A stretch of 20,000 bases of DNA. Source: an uncultured virus (IMG/VR IMGVR_UViG_3300011006_000550) (lineage: Duplodnaviria > Heunggongvirae > Uroviricota > Caudoviricetes). The translations under genes and the position numbers were made by a program. Below the pieces are notes generated by a model. The model made no database searches. It was given only the letters and a program-made list of their open reading frames with translations, and was not told the origin of the DNA. The stretch lies in the IMG/VR virus record IMGVR_UViG_3300011006_000550. One strand, written 5' to 3'. Of the stretch, positions 8,902 through 16,334 are shown one piece after another; the stretch's first letter is position 1, and every line of letters starts with the position of its first letter.

Positions 8902-9618
8902 TCACCAGTTGAAAACTCTCGCCCAGAAACCACGATTGTTAAGACGCTCTACTTCATCCTTGCCCTCCTGCCATCCAGTCTCGGCAATGCTGAGCTTATC
9001 TCTCAGACGCTTAAGTTCATCCTCCATCAGCTTGTTTGACTGATTCAACGTGGTATTCTTCTCACGCAGATCACGATTGTCACCCTCCAGACGCTTCAAC
9101 TCGGCAGCATACTTCTCGTTGCAAGCCTTCACGTCAGACAGATGATCTTTCAGCTCCACCTTCTCCTTGCAAATCTGGTCGTTGACTTCATCAAGAAGAC
9201 GAACCTTTGCCTCCAAGACACGCACCTGAGAAAGTGTAGGACGTACACGCTTCTTTACCACCTTGAACGGCAGAGGACCCTTGGTGTTCTTACGAGCCTG
9301 AACATTCTCCGTCTCTATACCCTTATAGTTCTCATCCGCCTTGATGGTACATGTCTTTGCATCATACACAAGACCATTGGCCTTTAACGTATCGAAGAAA
9401 ATCTTCTTCTCCTTCTCGGTAGCATGACGCGCAAAACGCATATCAGTACCCGAAGGAGCATCCGATTCACAATACATCGTCAGACCACAGTAGAACACAC
9501 CTTCACTACCCTCTGGCACGGTACTACCAGAAAAACGCTCTCCAGTCAGAATACGGATATTACCATAACCGCTGACAATCACATCACCTTTCTTGAAAAT
9601 CCTGTCTTTGCCTATCAT
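8902..9618 (-). CDS. Hypothetical coiled-coil protein with C-terminal amphipathic tail
   Basis: Heptad-rich C-terminal half ending RGFWARVFNW; ATG 9618 overlaps the upstream TGA. Confidence 0.75.
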   Translation of the reverse strand: MIGKDRIFKKGDVIVSGYGNIRILTGERFSGSTVPEGSEGVFYCGLTMYCESDAPSGTDMRFARHATEKEKKIFFDTLKANGLVYDAKTCTIKADENYKGIETENVQARKNTKGPLPFKVVKKRVRPTLSQVRVLEAKVRLLDEVNDQICKEKVELKDHLSDVKACNEKYAAELKRLEGDNRDLREKNTTLNQSNKLMEDELKRLRDKLSIAETGWQEGKDEVERLNNRGFWARVFNW

Positions 9619-9836
9619 AAGTCGGCCCTCCACATTTTATTTTTAACTTCTTCGTAATCTTCTACCACGTCTATGCTATGGCCACTGTATTCAATAGTGG
9701 TGAAGCGAGGCTTAACGCCCCAGGACAGATGAGTCTCTGGATTAGCATAGACCGCTTCAATAGAGTCAGTCCTGATCGACAGCTTTTCACCATCGCTCAG
9801 AGCAGTCACTTCAATGAATCCCGCCAGATCAACCAT
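9615..9836 (-). CDS. Small hypothetical protein, FlbD-like pattern
   Basis: FIEVT...LSIRTDSIEAV...TTIEY...IDVVEDYEEVKNKM resembles the FlbD/SwrD family by eye. Confidence 0.55.
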   Translation of the reverse strand: MVDLAGFIEVTALSDGEKLSIRTDSIEAVYANPETHLSWGVKPRFTTIEYSGHSIDVVEDYEEVKNKMWRADL

Positions 9837-10464
9837 TCTTCAATAACTCAATGGCTTTCTCCAGAGCCTCATTGACCACATCAGCACGCAGACAACGCTC
9901 GAACTTACGGCCCTTAGCCACCTTCTCACGCTCTGCCCTGTAACTCTCCAGCAGCTTGATACAACGCTCCTTCGTCATCTTCGACTCAGGCACAAGAGTA
10001 TCTATGTGCAAAGGAGCAACACGCATGAAGTCACGCACTCGAAGATCATCAACGGCCATACGAATACCCTTCATGCAATCCGTCAGCTTCTTGCACGTTT
10101 CCTCAGAAATACCAAACTTGATGTCGATAGGATTAACATACCGCTTGCCGTCCATACCATACATACTACCGTCGGCAAACCTGAAATACATGCCGGTACC
10201 AGTAGCAGTAATCTCTACCTGATGCGATACCTTGATCCTGTTTAGATACGTGTCTTCCACCTCATGAAGCATACACTCAGGAAAACACAGAATGAAATCC
10301 TCGCCCTTATAGCGAACGTAAACCTCATAACCGTAACCAAGGAACTTCTCGATCCTTCCTACAGCATGAGTCAGATTCAATACAACTAACTTGTCAGGCA
10401 TCTGAACCTTAGCCTCGTCTGCATTGAAACCGCAAAGATCACCTTTCCTAAATTTCGGGTCCAT
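9829..10464 (-). CDS. Hypothetical protein (211 aa), first gene of the minus-strand operon
   Basis: ATG start, PKFRKGDL N-terminus typical of small phage proteins, 8-nt overlap with the next gene. Confidence 0.75.
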   Translation of the reverse strand: MDPKFRKGDLCGFNADEAKVQMPDKLVVLNLTHAVGRIEKFLGYGYEVYVRYKGEDFILCFPECMLHEVEDTYLNRIKVSHQVEITATGTGMYFRFADGSMYGMDGKRYVNPIDIKFGISEETCKKLTDCMKGIRMAVDDLRVRDFMRVAPLHIDTLVPESKMTKERCIKLLESYRAEREKVAKGRKFERCLRADVVNEALEKAIELLKNG

Positions 10465-10646
10465 CTTTGGTTAGTGAACGAACTTGAACGATATTTATAG
10501 ACCTTTTCAGAACTTCTGTCACCAGTAAACCCCTGATAACCAGCAAATTCCGCCACACAAAACAACGAAATTCACGATTTCTGGATTTCCTGGCCCCAAG
10601 ACGTTACAATCTATAGTACCTATCTATATCTAACCAAATTGCGATG

Positions 10647-10654
10647 CAAAGATA
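10647..10654 (-). promoter_or_regulatory. Bacteroidetes -7 element for the leftward operon
   Basis: Minus strand TATCTTTG followed by CA, ~180 nt upstream of ATG 10464. Confidence 0.65.
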
Positions 10655-11430
10655 CAACTTTTCATTAATATCATTCACTATTTATACAAAAAGTGCATAT
10701 TTATTAGGATTTTTTAATGAACGATATTTTTTCTACACTCTGAGATCGTTAAGAATGATGAACGATTTCGTGACATCTGACGAATTGTTAAAACGGCCCA
10801 AAAATTCAGGAAAAAAATAATTTTGAGGCGACCGCCGCCACAAATCTCGTGCCAAAAAAGGGGGTGTAGGGGGTATTTTAAGGGTATTAAAGAGTATTTA
10901 ACACTCTCTGCAAAAATTCATTAAAATTTGCTGAAATAGCCCTATTTTACACATATTTAACACTATTCCCGATATTATACCTAATAATGTAGGCTGGTTA
11001 TTTAATATTTTTTAACTTTATTTCTTTGGTTTAACAAATTTTTAGGATTCGCGCCACCATGTCATGGTAATTTATTTTTACGCCACATTGTCATAAGATT
11101 TTTCTTTACATTATGATTGATTTATATCAAGTATGATTATACATTTATGCAATAACCTTCTGGAAACGCCTTTAAACAGGGGATTTCATAAAATTGAATA
11201 TGCAATAATTTTGCGTTCCGAAATAAAGATTCTTTACACTTGAAATGTCAATATTTAATCATTATTTAACCTATAATAACATTGTCGGATTGTGCGCCCA
11301 CACATCACGATTTTGTAAACATAATTTAACTAACATGGTCGTAACATTAAGTAATATTTAGTTGTGTGCCTACACAGGCCCTTTGGGAATGCCTTTGTAC
11401 AGGGCATTATTTTGTAAATATATTTCACTA

Positions 11431-11461
11431 TTGCAAGTATGGAATTTATTTCGTAACTTTG
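11431..11461 (+). promoter_or_regulatory. Bacteroidetes promoter for the rightward module
   Basis: TTG (11431-11433), 20-nt spacer, TAACTTTG (11454-11461), ~80 nt upstream of ATG 11544. Confidence 0.65.
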
Positions 11462-11543
11462 TACTATAAGAAATGAATATTTAACCACTGCCAAACGGGG
11501 AAACGCAGCGCACCACAAAGGAGCGGAACAGCCCGAAAGATTT

Positions 11544-12158
11544 ATGTGTACATTAAACGAGACCTTAAAGAAGGTAGGAGAAAACGCCAAAGGTAGTGTC
11601 AAGGTAGAGAAAATGAAGGCCGAAATTGCCAAGGTTGCAGCCAGGTATTACGCACCTTATCGCCACGCTCTTATTAGTGAGTTGTTCAAGGGTGCCAGTG
11701 AGGACGAACTTAAGGCAGAACTTGCAGCCTTTGACGCTGACACCAAGAACGGCACACAGTTAGTTATCATCGCAGCCGACACCAAGGTGAACGCAAACGG
11801 ACAACTCACAGATGATGAGGGGAACATTCTCGAAAATGCAGTATCTTTCGCCACCGTGATTTCTACCAACAAAGACGGTGAAATCACAAAGGAGCGTCAA
11901 GTGTTCCGTGTTCCCTACATCGCAGACACCGACCAGCGTAACAACCGTATTGTTGCCTACTGGGTGCGTTTCCGTGAGACGCGCGAGGAGTCATTTGCTG
12001 CAGCCCGTGCCGCCAAGGTTGACTCTATTAAGAAGGAGTTGCAGCCGTTGTCCGTTCAGGTTGAAACATTCACCAAGTACAACGTGCCCGTACCCGCTGA
12101 ACTTTCAGAGAAGGTGGATGCTCTCAAGGCTGAACTTTCAAAACTGGGTGCGGAATAA
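11544..12158 (+). CDS. Hypothetical protein (204 aa), first gene of the rightward module
   Basis: Lies between promoter and terminator; biased codon use (CGT, AAG); helical C-terminus. Confidence 0.85.
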   Translation: MCTLNETLKKVGENAKGSVKVEKMKAEIAKVAARYYAPYRHALISELFKGASEDELKAELAAFDADTKNGTQLVIIAADTKVNANGQLTDDEGNILENAVSFATVISTNKDGEITKERQVFRVPYIADTDQRNNRIVAYWVRFRETREESFAAARAAKVDSIKKELQPLSVQVETFTKYNVPVPAELSEKVDALKAELSKLGAE

Positions 12159-12185
12159 ACGCAGACGGAAACAGACGGAAAAGAC

Positions 12186-12216
12186 GAAGGTAGGGAAATT
12201 CCTACCTTCTCTTTTT
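12186..12216 (+). terminator. Intrinsic terminator
   Basis: GAAGGTAGG-gaaatt-CCTACCTTC followed by TCTTTTT, 27 nt after the stop. Confidence 0.75.
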
Positions 12217-12243
12217 GTGCCCTGTCTTTCCAGGCCCTAAGAA

Positions 12244-12303
12244 ATCCCCTGACGAGTCTTTGAGAATTAAGACGAAACCACAGATCTGTTCTGTGGTCGG
12301 GAT
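12244..12303 (+). ncRNA. Type I hammerhead ribozyme
   Basis: Stem I ATCCC (12244-48)/GGGAT (12299-303); core CTGACGA (12249-55); stem II GTCTT/AAGAC; GAAA (12274-77); stem III CCACAGA/TCTGTGG; GTC triplet 12296-98 with predicted cut after C12298. Confidence 0.93.
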
Positions 12304-12343
12304 AATCCTTTTGTGTTTTTCCTCAGTGTATTGTCCGGCTGAG

Positions 12344-12404
12344 CGAACGGACTGAACGATTTGAACGAACGAACGATGAATAAGAGTGAACGATTGATGA
12401 ACGA
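12344..12404 (+). repeat. Cluster of (T)GAACGA direct repeats
   Basis: TGAACGA at 12353, 12362, 12387 and 12398, plus overlapping GAACGA at 12367 and 12371. Confidence 0.75.
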
Positions 12405-12408
12405 GCGA

Positions 12409-12729
12409 ATGATGTTTGTCACAAGACGTGGCCAGTCTGCTGAGATTCAGAGAAAGAACTGGCTGAGAAGACTTAGAACAAAGAGGTCTGCCGATCCCGA
12501 AGGATGGGTGACTGCAAAATTTGTTGGTCAGATGGGATTTACAAACTTTAATTTTTGTGCACATTCATGGAGAGCTATCAAGATGGAAGCCAAAATTATC
12601 GCTTCACTTCAACATGAGCCTATCGAAGTTTTGGATGCAAATACACTGATTCCATTATTCATATGTCTTCCTTGCTTTGATTCGCGTGAAGATATTATTT
12701 CATACACAGAACGTGCATTTCAGAATTAA
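12409..12729 (+). CDS. Hypothetical protein (~106 aa)
   Basis: Open frame between the hammerhead and the structured region; the longer N-terminus in the ORF track is a translation of GAACGA repeats, so ATG 12409 is preferred. Confidence 0.5.
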   Translation: MMFVTRRGQSAEIQRKNWLRRLRTKRSADPEGWVTAKFVGQMGFTNFNFCAHSWRAIKMEAKIIASLQHEPIEVLDANTLIPLFICLPCFDSREDIISYTERAFQN

Positions 12730-13401
12730 GTACGATAACACAGAGCACAGGCGCAAGCCTGTAATGTGGCTCACCTCATGGTGAACGGTTGCAAGCCCGT
12801 GCAAACAACATTCAAACGGTGAAAATGTAACGTGGAGGGGCGCAAGCCATAGCCACTACCGCACAGAGAAACCGAGCGACAACGAGCGTTTTGAACGACT
12901 TCCAGCTAATTACTTGATTTTTGTCGCCAGTGGGAGTATTGCAGCCGACCGGCGGGGTGAAACTAAAGTCCCGCAAGCCCCGCAAGGGACGAGTGACTGT
13001 TACAAATCATATTCTTAGATTATTTCTCCCGTGAGGGAGTACGATAATAACGGATAGCTACTGTCCGAGAGCGACTTGAGCAATCAAGTACGATGAACGA
13101 GTGAGTTTATCGTGGTGGTTCCCGCCAAGAGTACGAAAGCACATTTAATCACTTTAGGATGCTACGCAGTATGCAGGGCTTTGATGGTCAGGCAGCTGGC
13201 AATGAAAGACATTAAGGGTGCAAGACCCATAGCATAAAGAACGGTTTGACAGTACGATTCATAAAACTGCCACACGGAACGGTTGCAAGTAAAGAGGCCC
13301 GAAAGGGGACTTGCAGGAGAGAACGAGTACGATAACAAAAACGAAGTTCCGGAGACTACGGGAGAGAGCAGGGAAACCTGCTCTCTCTTACTTTCAACCA
13401 A
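12730..13401 (+). ncRNA. Large structured non-coding RNA candidate, family unassigned
   Basis: No credible ORF; many GNRA-capped hairpins (ACAGGC-GCAA-GCCTGT 12747-62, CCC-GCAA-GGG, CTCCC-GTGA-GGGAG, CCC-GAAA-GGG, GAGAGAGCAGG-GAAA-CCTGCTCTCTC); long-range helices 12911-19/13082-90, 12923-27/13071-75, 13275-80/13346-51, 13284-90/13309-15. Confidence 0.75.
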
Positions 13402-13419
13402 TTAAAAACAAGTACGATT

Positions 13420-13629
13420 ATGATTAAGAGAATTGCTTTGCATCTTATCGCCCTGGTGGTACTGATGCCGTGTATGTTGGTGTTTAATATCAGCGAGAAG
13501 TTATGGGTAAATATCCTTGGACTGATTTATTGTTGCTATTTGTACATCATCCTGAACGAGAGCGATGCAGCCAAGCGTTTTGTTCGTCGTTACTACCATG
13601 AGATCCTCCGTTTGCAGAACATGTTGTAG
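13420..13629 (+). CDS. Small membrane protein (69 aa), array gene 1
   Basis: Two hydrophobic segments; the TAG stop begins element 1. Confidence 0.75.
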   Translation: MIKRIALHLIALVVLMPCMLVFNISEKLWVNILGLIYCCYLYIILNESDAAKRFVRRYYHEILRLQNML

Positions 13630-13686
13630 TTTCTCTGATTTTTGTGGCAGAAGGCTGCAAAAATCGCTCACTTTCAACCACTAAAA

Positions 13687-13794
13687 ATGAACAATATGTA
13701 TTACGTAGAGATTGACAACGGAGAGAGATTCTATTTTGGCGACGATTTCAACGCTGCCGCAGTGTTCAACCATGCCGTGAATGACAGGCATTAG
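13687..13794 (+). CDS. 35-aa peptide MNNMYYVEIDNGERFYFGDDFNAAAVFNHAVNDRH
   Basis: Not in the ORF track; fills the space between elements 1 and 2, and its TAG is that of element 2. Confidence 0.65.
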   Translation: MNNMYYVEIDNGERFYFGDDFNAAAVFNHAVNDRH

Positions 13795-13844
13795 TCTTCT
13801 TTCGGCCATTGTATGGCCGAGCTATTAACCAAAGTACGATTATT

Positions 13845-14048
13845 ATGACAGACAGAAAATTTGAGCATCTTACTGATGTGGTTGATTTCTTCAGTTGGAA
13901 GCAGTTCGACGAGAAAGAGAGGTTTTCTTTGAGTGAGGACCAGCGAAGACAGCTTACCGAGGTACGCGACGAACTCGAAGACTATTCGAGGTCTGGCGAT
14001 GCGGTTGCAGATCTTTGGCTTGAATGTGCGAACGAGTTGCTGAATTAG
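13845..14048 (+). CDS. Hypothetical protein (67 aa)
   Basis: ATG 13845 after element 2; TAG in element 3. Confidence 0.75.
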   Translation: MTDRKFEHLTDVVDFFSWKQFDEKERFSLSEDQRRQLTEVRDELEDYSRSGDAVADLWLECANELLN

Positions 14049-14094
14049 TCTCTTGGAGCCTGTTGGCTCCGCTTATAACCAAAACTTACATGAT

Positions 14095-14355
14095 ATGAAA
14101 AGAAATGCTTTACTTAGGACGAGTGCTATCTTCAAGTGTATTGTCACATTCAAGAACGGCACTCACGCAGTTATCAGAATGACCATTGACATGGTAGCGA
14201 AAATCACGTATGAGTTCAGGGAGTTTCAGCGTAACATCTTCTCAGAGACATGGCTTCTCTGGGTGAGCGCAACGGAGATTCTTAACATCACAGAGATTCG
14301 TTCTTGCAAGTTCATCAACGAAAACACTGGTGTTGAGTTCCTTACGATTGATTAG
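14095..14355 (+). CDS. Hypothetical protein (86 aa)
   Basis: ATG 14095 after element 3; TAG in element 4. Confidence 0.75.
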   Translation: MKRNALLRTSAIFKCIVTFKNGTHAVIRMTIDMVAKITYEFREFQRNIFSETWLLWVSATEILNITEIRSCKFINENTGVEFLTID

Positions 14356-14404
14356 TCTTTTGGGAATCTTGCATGATTCCCGCTATTCACCAATATTCAA
14401 GAGT

Positions 14405-14830
14405 ATGTTACAATCAGAGTTTTACGACAGGACGCACGTTACTCTCTCAGCAGAGCAGTACGGCGAGGTAGAGAACATCTACAACAGGTGTCAGATGGAT
14501 AAGGACGAGTTCTGCAGGCTGTGGCTTGAGAATCGTGACAACAAAATCATCAAAGAACTGATGGACCACATCATGAACACCGAAAAGAAGTTGTATTTTG
14601 CAAAGGAAAAAGCTGCCAAATGCGACAAAGCGATTAATGACGAGCGCGAAAAATGTAAGGAGCACATTGAGAGCCTTGGGCGCAAGGTCGTTGCGAACAT
14701 CGACGATGAAACAAAGTTATACGATGCCATTGAAGAGGAGTTCACGCTTGATTTCATCATCAAGGTCAAGTTGCAGGAAAACATGGATCTCGATCTGCAC
14801 GAACGGCAGCACCTCATTGAGAAACTTTAG
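14405..14830 (+). CDS. Hypothetical protein (141 aa, MLQSEFYDRT...MDKDEFC)
   Basis: ATG 14405 after element 4; TAG in element 5; coiled-coil middle. Confidence 0.8.
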   Translation: MLQSEFYDRTHVTLSAEQYGEVENIYNRCQMDKDEFCRLWLENRDNKIIKELMDHIMNTEKKLYFAKEKAAKCDKAINDEREKCKEHIESLGRKVVANIDDETKLYDAIEEEFTLDFIIKVKLQENMDLDLHERQHLIEKL

Positions 14831-14874
14831 TCTTCGCAGCCGAACGGCTGCACTACAACCAAACTATCAGAATT

Positions 14875-15171
14875 ATGAAATATATGGCAACGTTTGATGC
14901 TTGGAAGTTGGGAACTTTCGACATCATTTTGGAAAAGTACGATGCAGATTGCTGTTCTCACCCAGGCCCGTGTGACTTGGATTGTGAGCGAACGATTAAT
15001 CTTGATTATGTCAAAGAACAACTCAAGGAAATCACCTCTGAGCAGATCCGTCAGGTCTTGATAGACTATGGCCTTGAAGATGCCGACGAGAAAGACCGCA
15101 AGCAACTTGAGACGTATATTGTCTGGCTTGCAGCGGGTGACATCATAGACGGGAACTGTACTGAATGTTAG
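14875..15171 (+). CDS. Hypothetical acidic protein (98 aa)
   Basis: Between elements 5 and 6; CCSHPGPCD motif. Confidence 0.8.
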   Translation: MKYMATFDAWKLGTFDIILEKYDADCCSHPGPCDLDCERTINLDYVKEQLKEITSEQIRQVLIDYGLEDADEKDRKQLETYIVWLAAGDIIDGNCTEC

Positions 15172-15233
15172 TCTCTATCGGGCAGTGCCCGACTATAAAC
15201 CAATTTAACTTATTATTAGAGGAGATATAGTTT

Positions 15234-15686
15234 ATGAAAGAAACATTTTGCCCTTACTGTGGTTCTGAGAATATTACTATTCAGGCTACAGACCTTTTAG
15301 AGTGTAATGATTGTAAAGAGTTGTTTACTCATGAAGATGTAGAACATAATATTCTTCGTGATAAAATCAGCAGCATCTGCTCTGCTTTCGAGGCAACTGA
15401 GGATAATCCCATTAACTGTATCAGGGAGGATGCTATGGAACTCCACATAGAAGGCATTACAGAAGCAGCACAGGGACTTTCTGAATCAGAGAAGCCACAG
15501 GTAAGCACTGTTTTCCATGATCCGGAAGGAATCGTGTGGATTACCTTTTTAGAATATCCTTTTGGGGGGTCGCCTTGTAACAGTGAACCAATGGAACTTG
15601 ATAGTATTTCTATCAATGATTCTCTGAAAGAAATTCTGTCGTGGCTTGAAGAAAACCTGAGTGTCAACGCTCTTGGAAGATGTTAG
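15234..15686 (+). CDS. Hypothetical protein with N-terminal zinc ribbon (150 aa)
   Basis: CPYCGS...CNDC; between elements 6 and 7. Confidence 0.8.
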   Translation: MKETFCPYCGSENITIQATDLLECNDCKELFTHEDVEHNILRDKISSICSAFEATEDNPINCIREDAMELHIEGITEAAQGLSESEKPQVSTVFHDPEGIVWITFLEYPFGGSPCNSEPMELDSISINDSLKEILSWLEENLSVNALGRC

Positions 15687-15731
15687 TCTCTATCGGGCAT
15701 TCGCCCGAACTATTCACCAATATTTTTGATT

Positions 15732-15899
15732 ATGGAATTTGTTCACACAGAAATCAAGGAGCATCCTCTACGAGATTGTTTAATGTTGTGGATTCCAGAG
15801 CTTCCTTTTGTGCCTCCTTTGTTTGGAACAAAGAAGGAATTAGAAGAAGCGAGAGTATTTGCAGAACAAAAAGCAGAGGATTATCTTAAAAGTCACTAA
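15732..15899 (+). CDS. Hypothetical protein (55 aa, MEFVHTEIKEHPLRDCLMLWIPELP...)
   Basis: Not in the ORF track; ATG after element 7; ends in TAA with no element following. Confidence 0.65.
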   Translation: MEFVHTEIKEHPLRDCLMLWIPELPFVPPLFGTKKELEEARVFAEQKAEDYLKSH

Positions 15900-15910
15900 A
15901 TCATTGAGAT

Positions 15911-16069
15911 ATGGCACAGAAGAAAGTAGAATGGTATTGCTTTACCGACAACAAGGATTGGGGCCGTTTTTTCATTGGCAAGGCCAGTACGAAAAGGGAG
16001 GCCGTTGACATGGGCAAGGTAGCGAACAAAGGTAAGTTCGTGGTTGAGCCGCGTCGTAAATGGAAGTAG
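15911..16069 (+). CDS. Small basic protein (52 aa), paralog of 16125-16289
   Basis: MAQKKVEWYCFTDNKDWGRFFIGKASTKREAVDMGKVANKGKFVVEPRRKWK; TAG in element 8; not in the ORF track. Confidence 0.8.
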   Translation: MAQKKVEWYCFTDNKDWGRFFIGKASTKREAVDMGKVANKGKFVVEPRRKWK

Positions 16070-16124
16070 TCTTTAAATTGCGCAATCGCCGATTGCGTAA
16101 TTACTCTAACCAATTCCATAATAT

Positions 16125-16289
16125 ATGAGCAGAAATTATCACTACGAGTATTTTGCCTATACTGACAATTTGAATTATGGCCGTGTGTATCTTGGCCAGG
16201 CACGTCAGCGTTGGTATGCACAGATGATTGCAAAAAAGGCAAACAAAGGATGCTATGTCATAGAAAAGCATCGTGTGTACGAAAATTAG
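16125..16289 (+). CDS. Small basic protein (54 aa), paralog of 15911-16069
   Basis: MSRNYHYEYFAYTDNLNYGRVYLGQARQRWYAQMIAKKANKGCYVIEKHRVYEN; TAG in element 9; not in the ORF track. Confidence 0.8.
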   Translation: MSRNYHYEYFAYTDNLNYGRVYLGQARQRWYAQMIAKKANKGCYVIEKHRVYEN

Positions 16290-16334
16290 TCTCTTGGCTT
16301 CCACTGAGAGGCCGCTATGTTTCACCAACAAATT

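Noticed and set aside
10778..10800. CTGACGA as a second hammerhead core
   Set aside because: No stem II-GAAA-stem III arrangement follows.
12730..13401. Group II intron or complete group I intron
   Set aside because: The terminal hairpin superficially resembles domain VI, but I see no domain V or RT gene. For group I, only P7/P3-like pairings are visible and no interrupted gene is evident.
13162..13401. 79-aa minus-strand ORF (also 11330-11632 and 12202-12564)
   Set aside because: Antisense to the structured RNA, hammerhead or promoter region, with unprotein-like composition.
14046..14097. TAG recoding or readthrough fusing array genes into a polyprotein
   Set aside because: The next gene is out of frame here (stop ends 14048, ATG at 14095), each gene has its own A-rich leader, and long genes such as terL, portal and the helicase are open under the standard code.
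15680..15889. ORF-track 69-aa plus-strand ORF
   Set aside because: It starts inside the previous gene and runs through element 7; the 15732-15899 frame fits the array pattern better.
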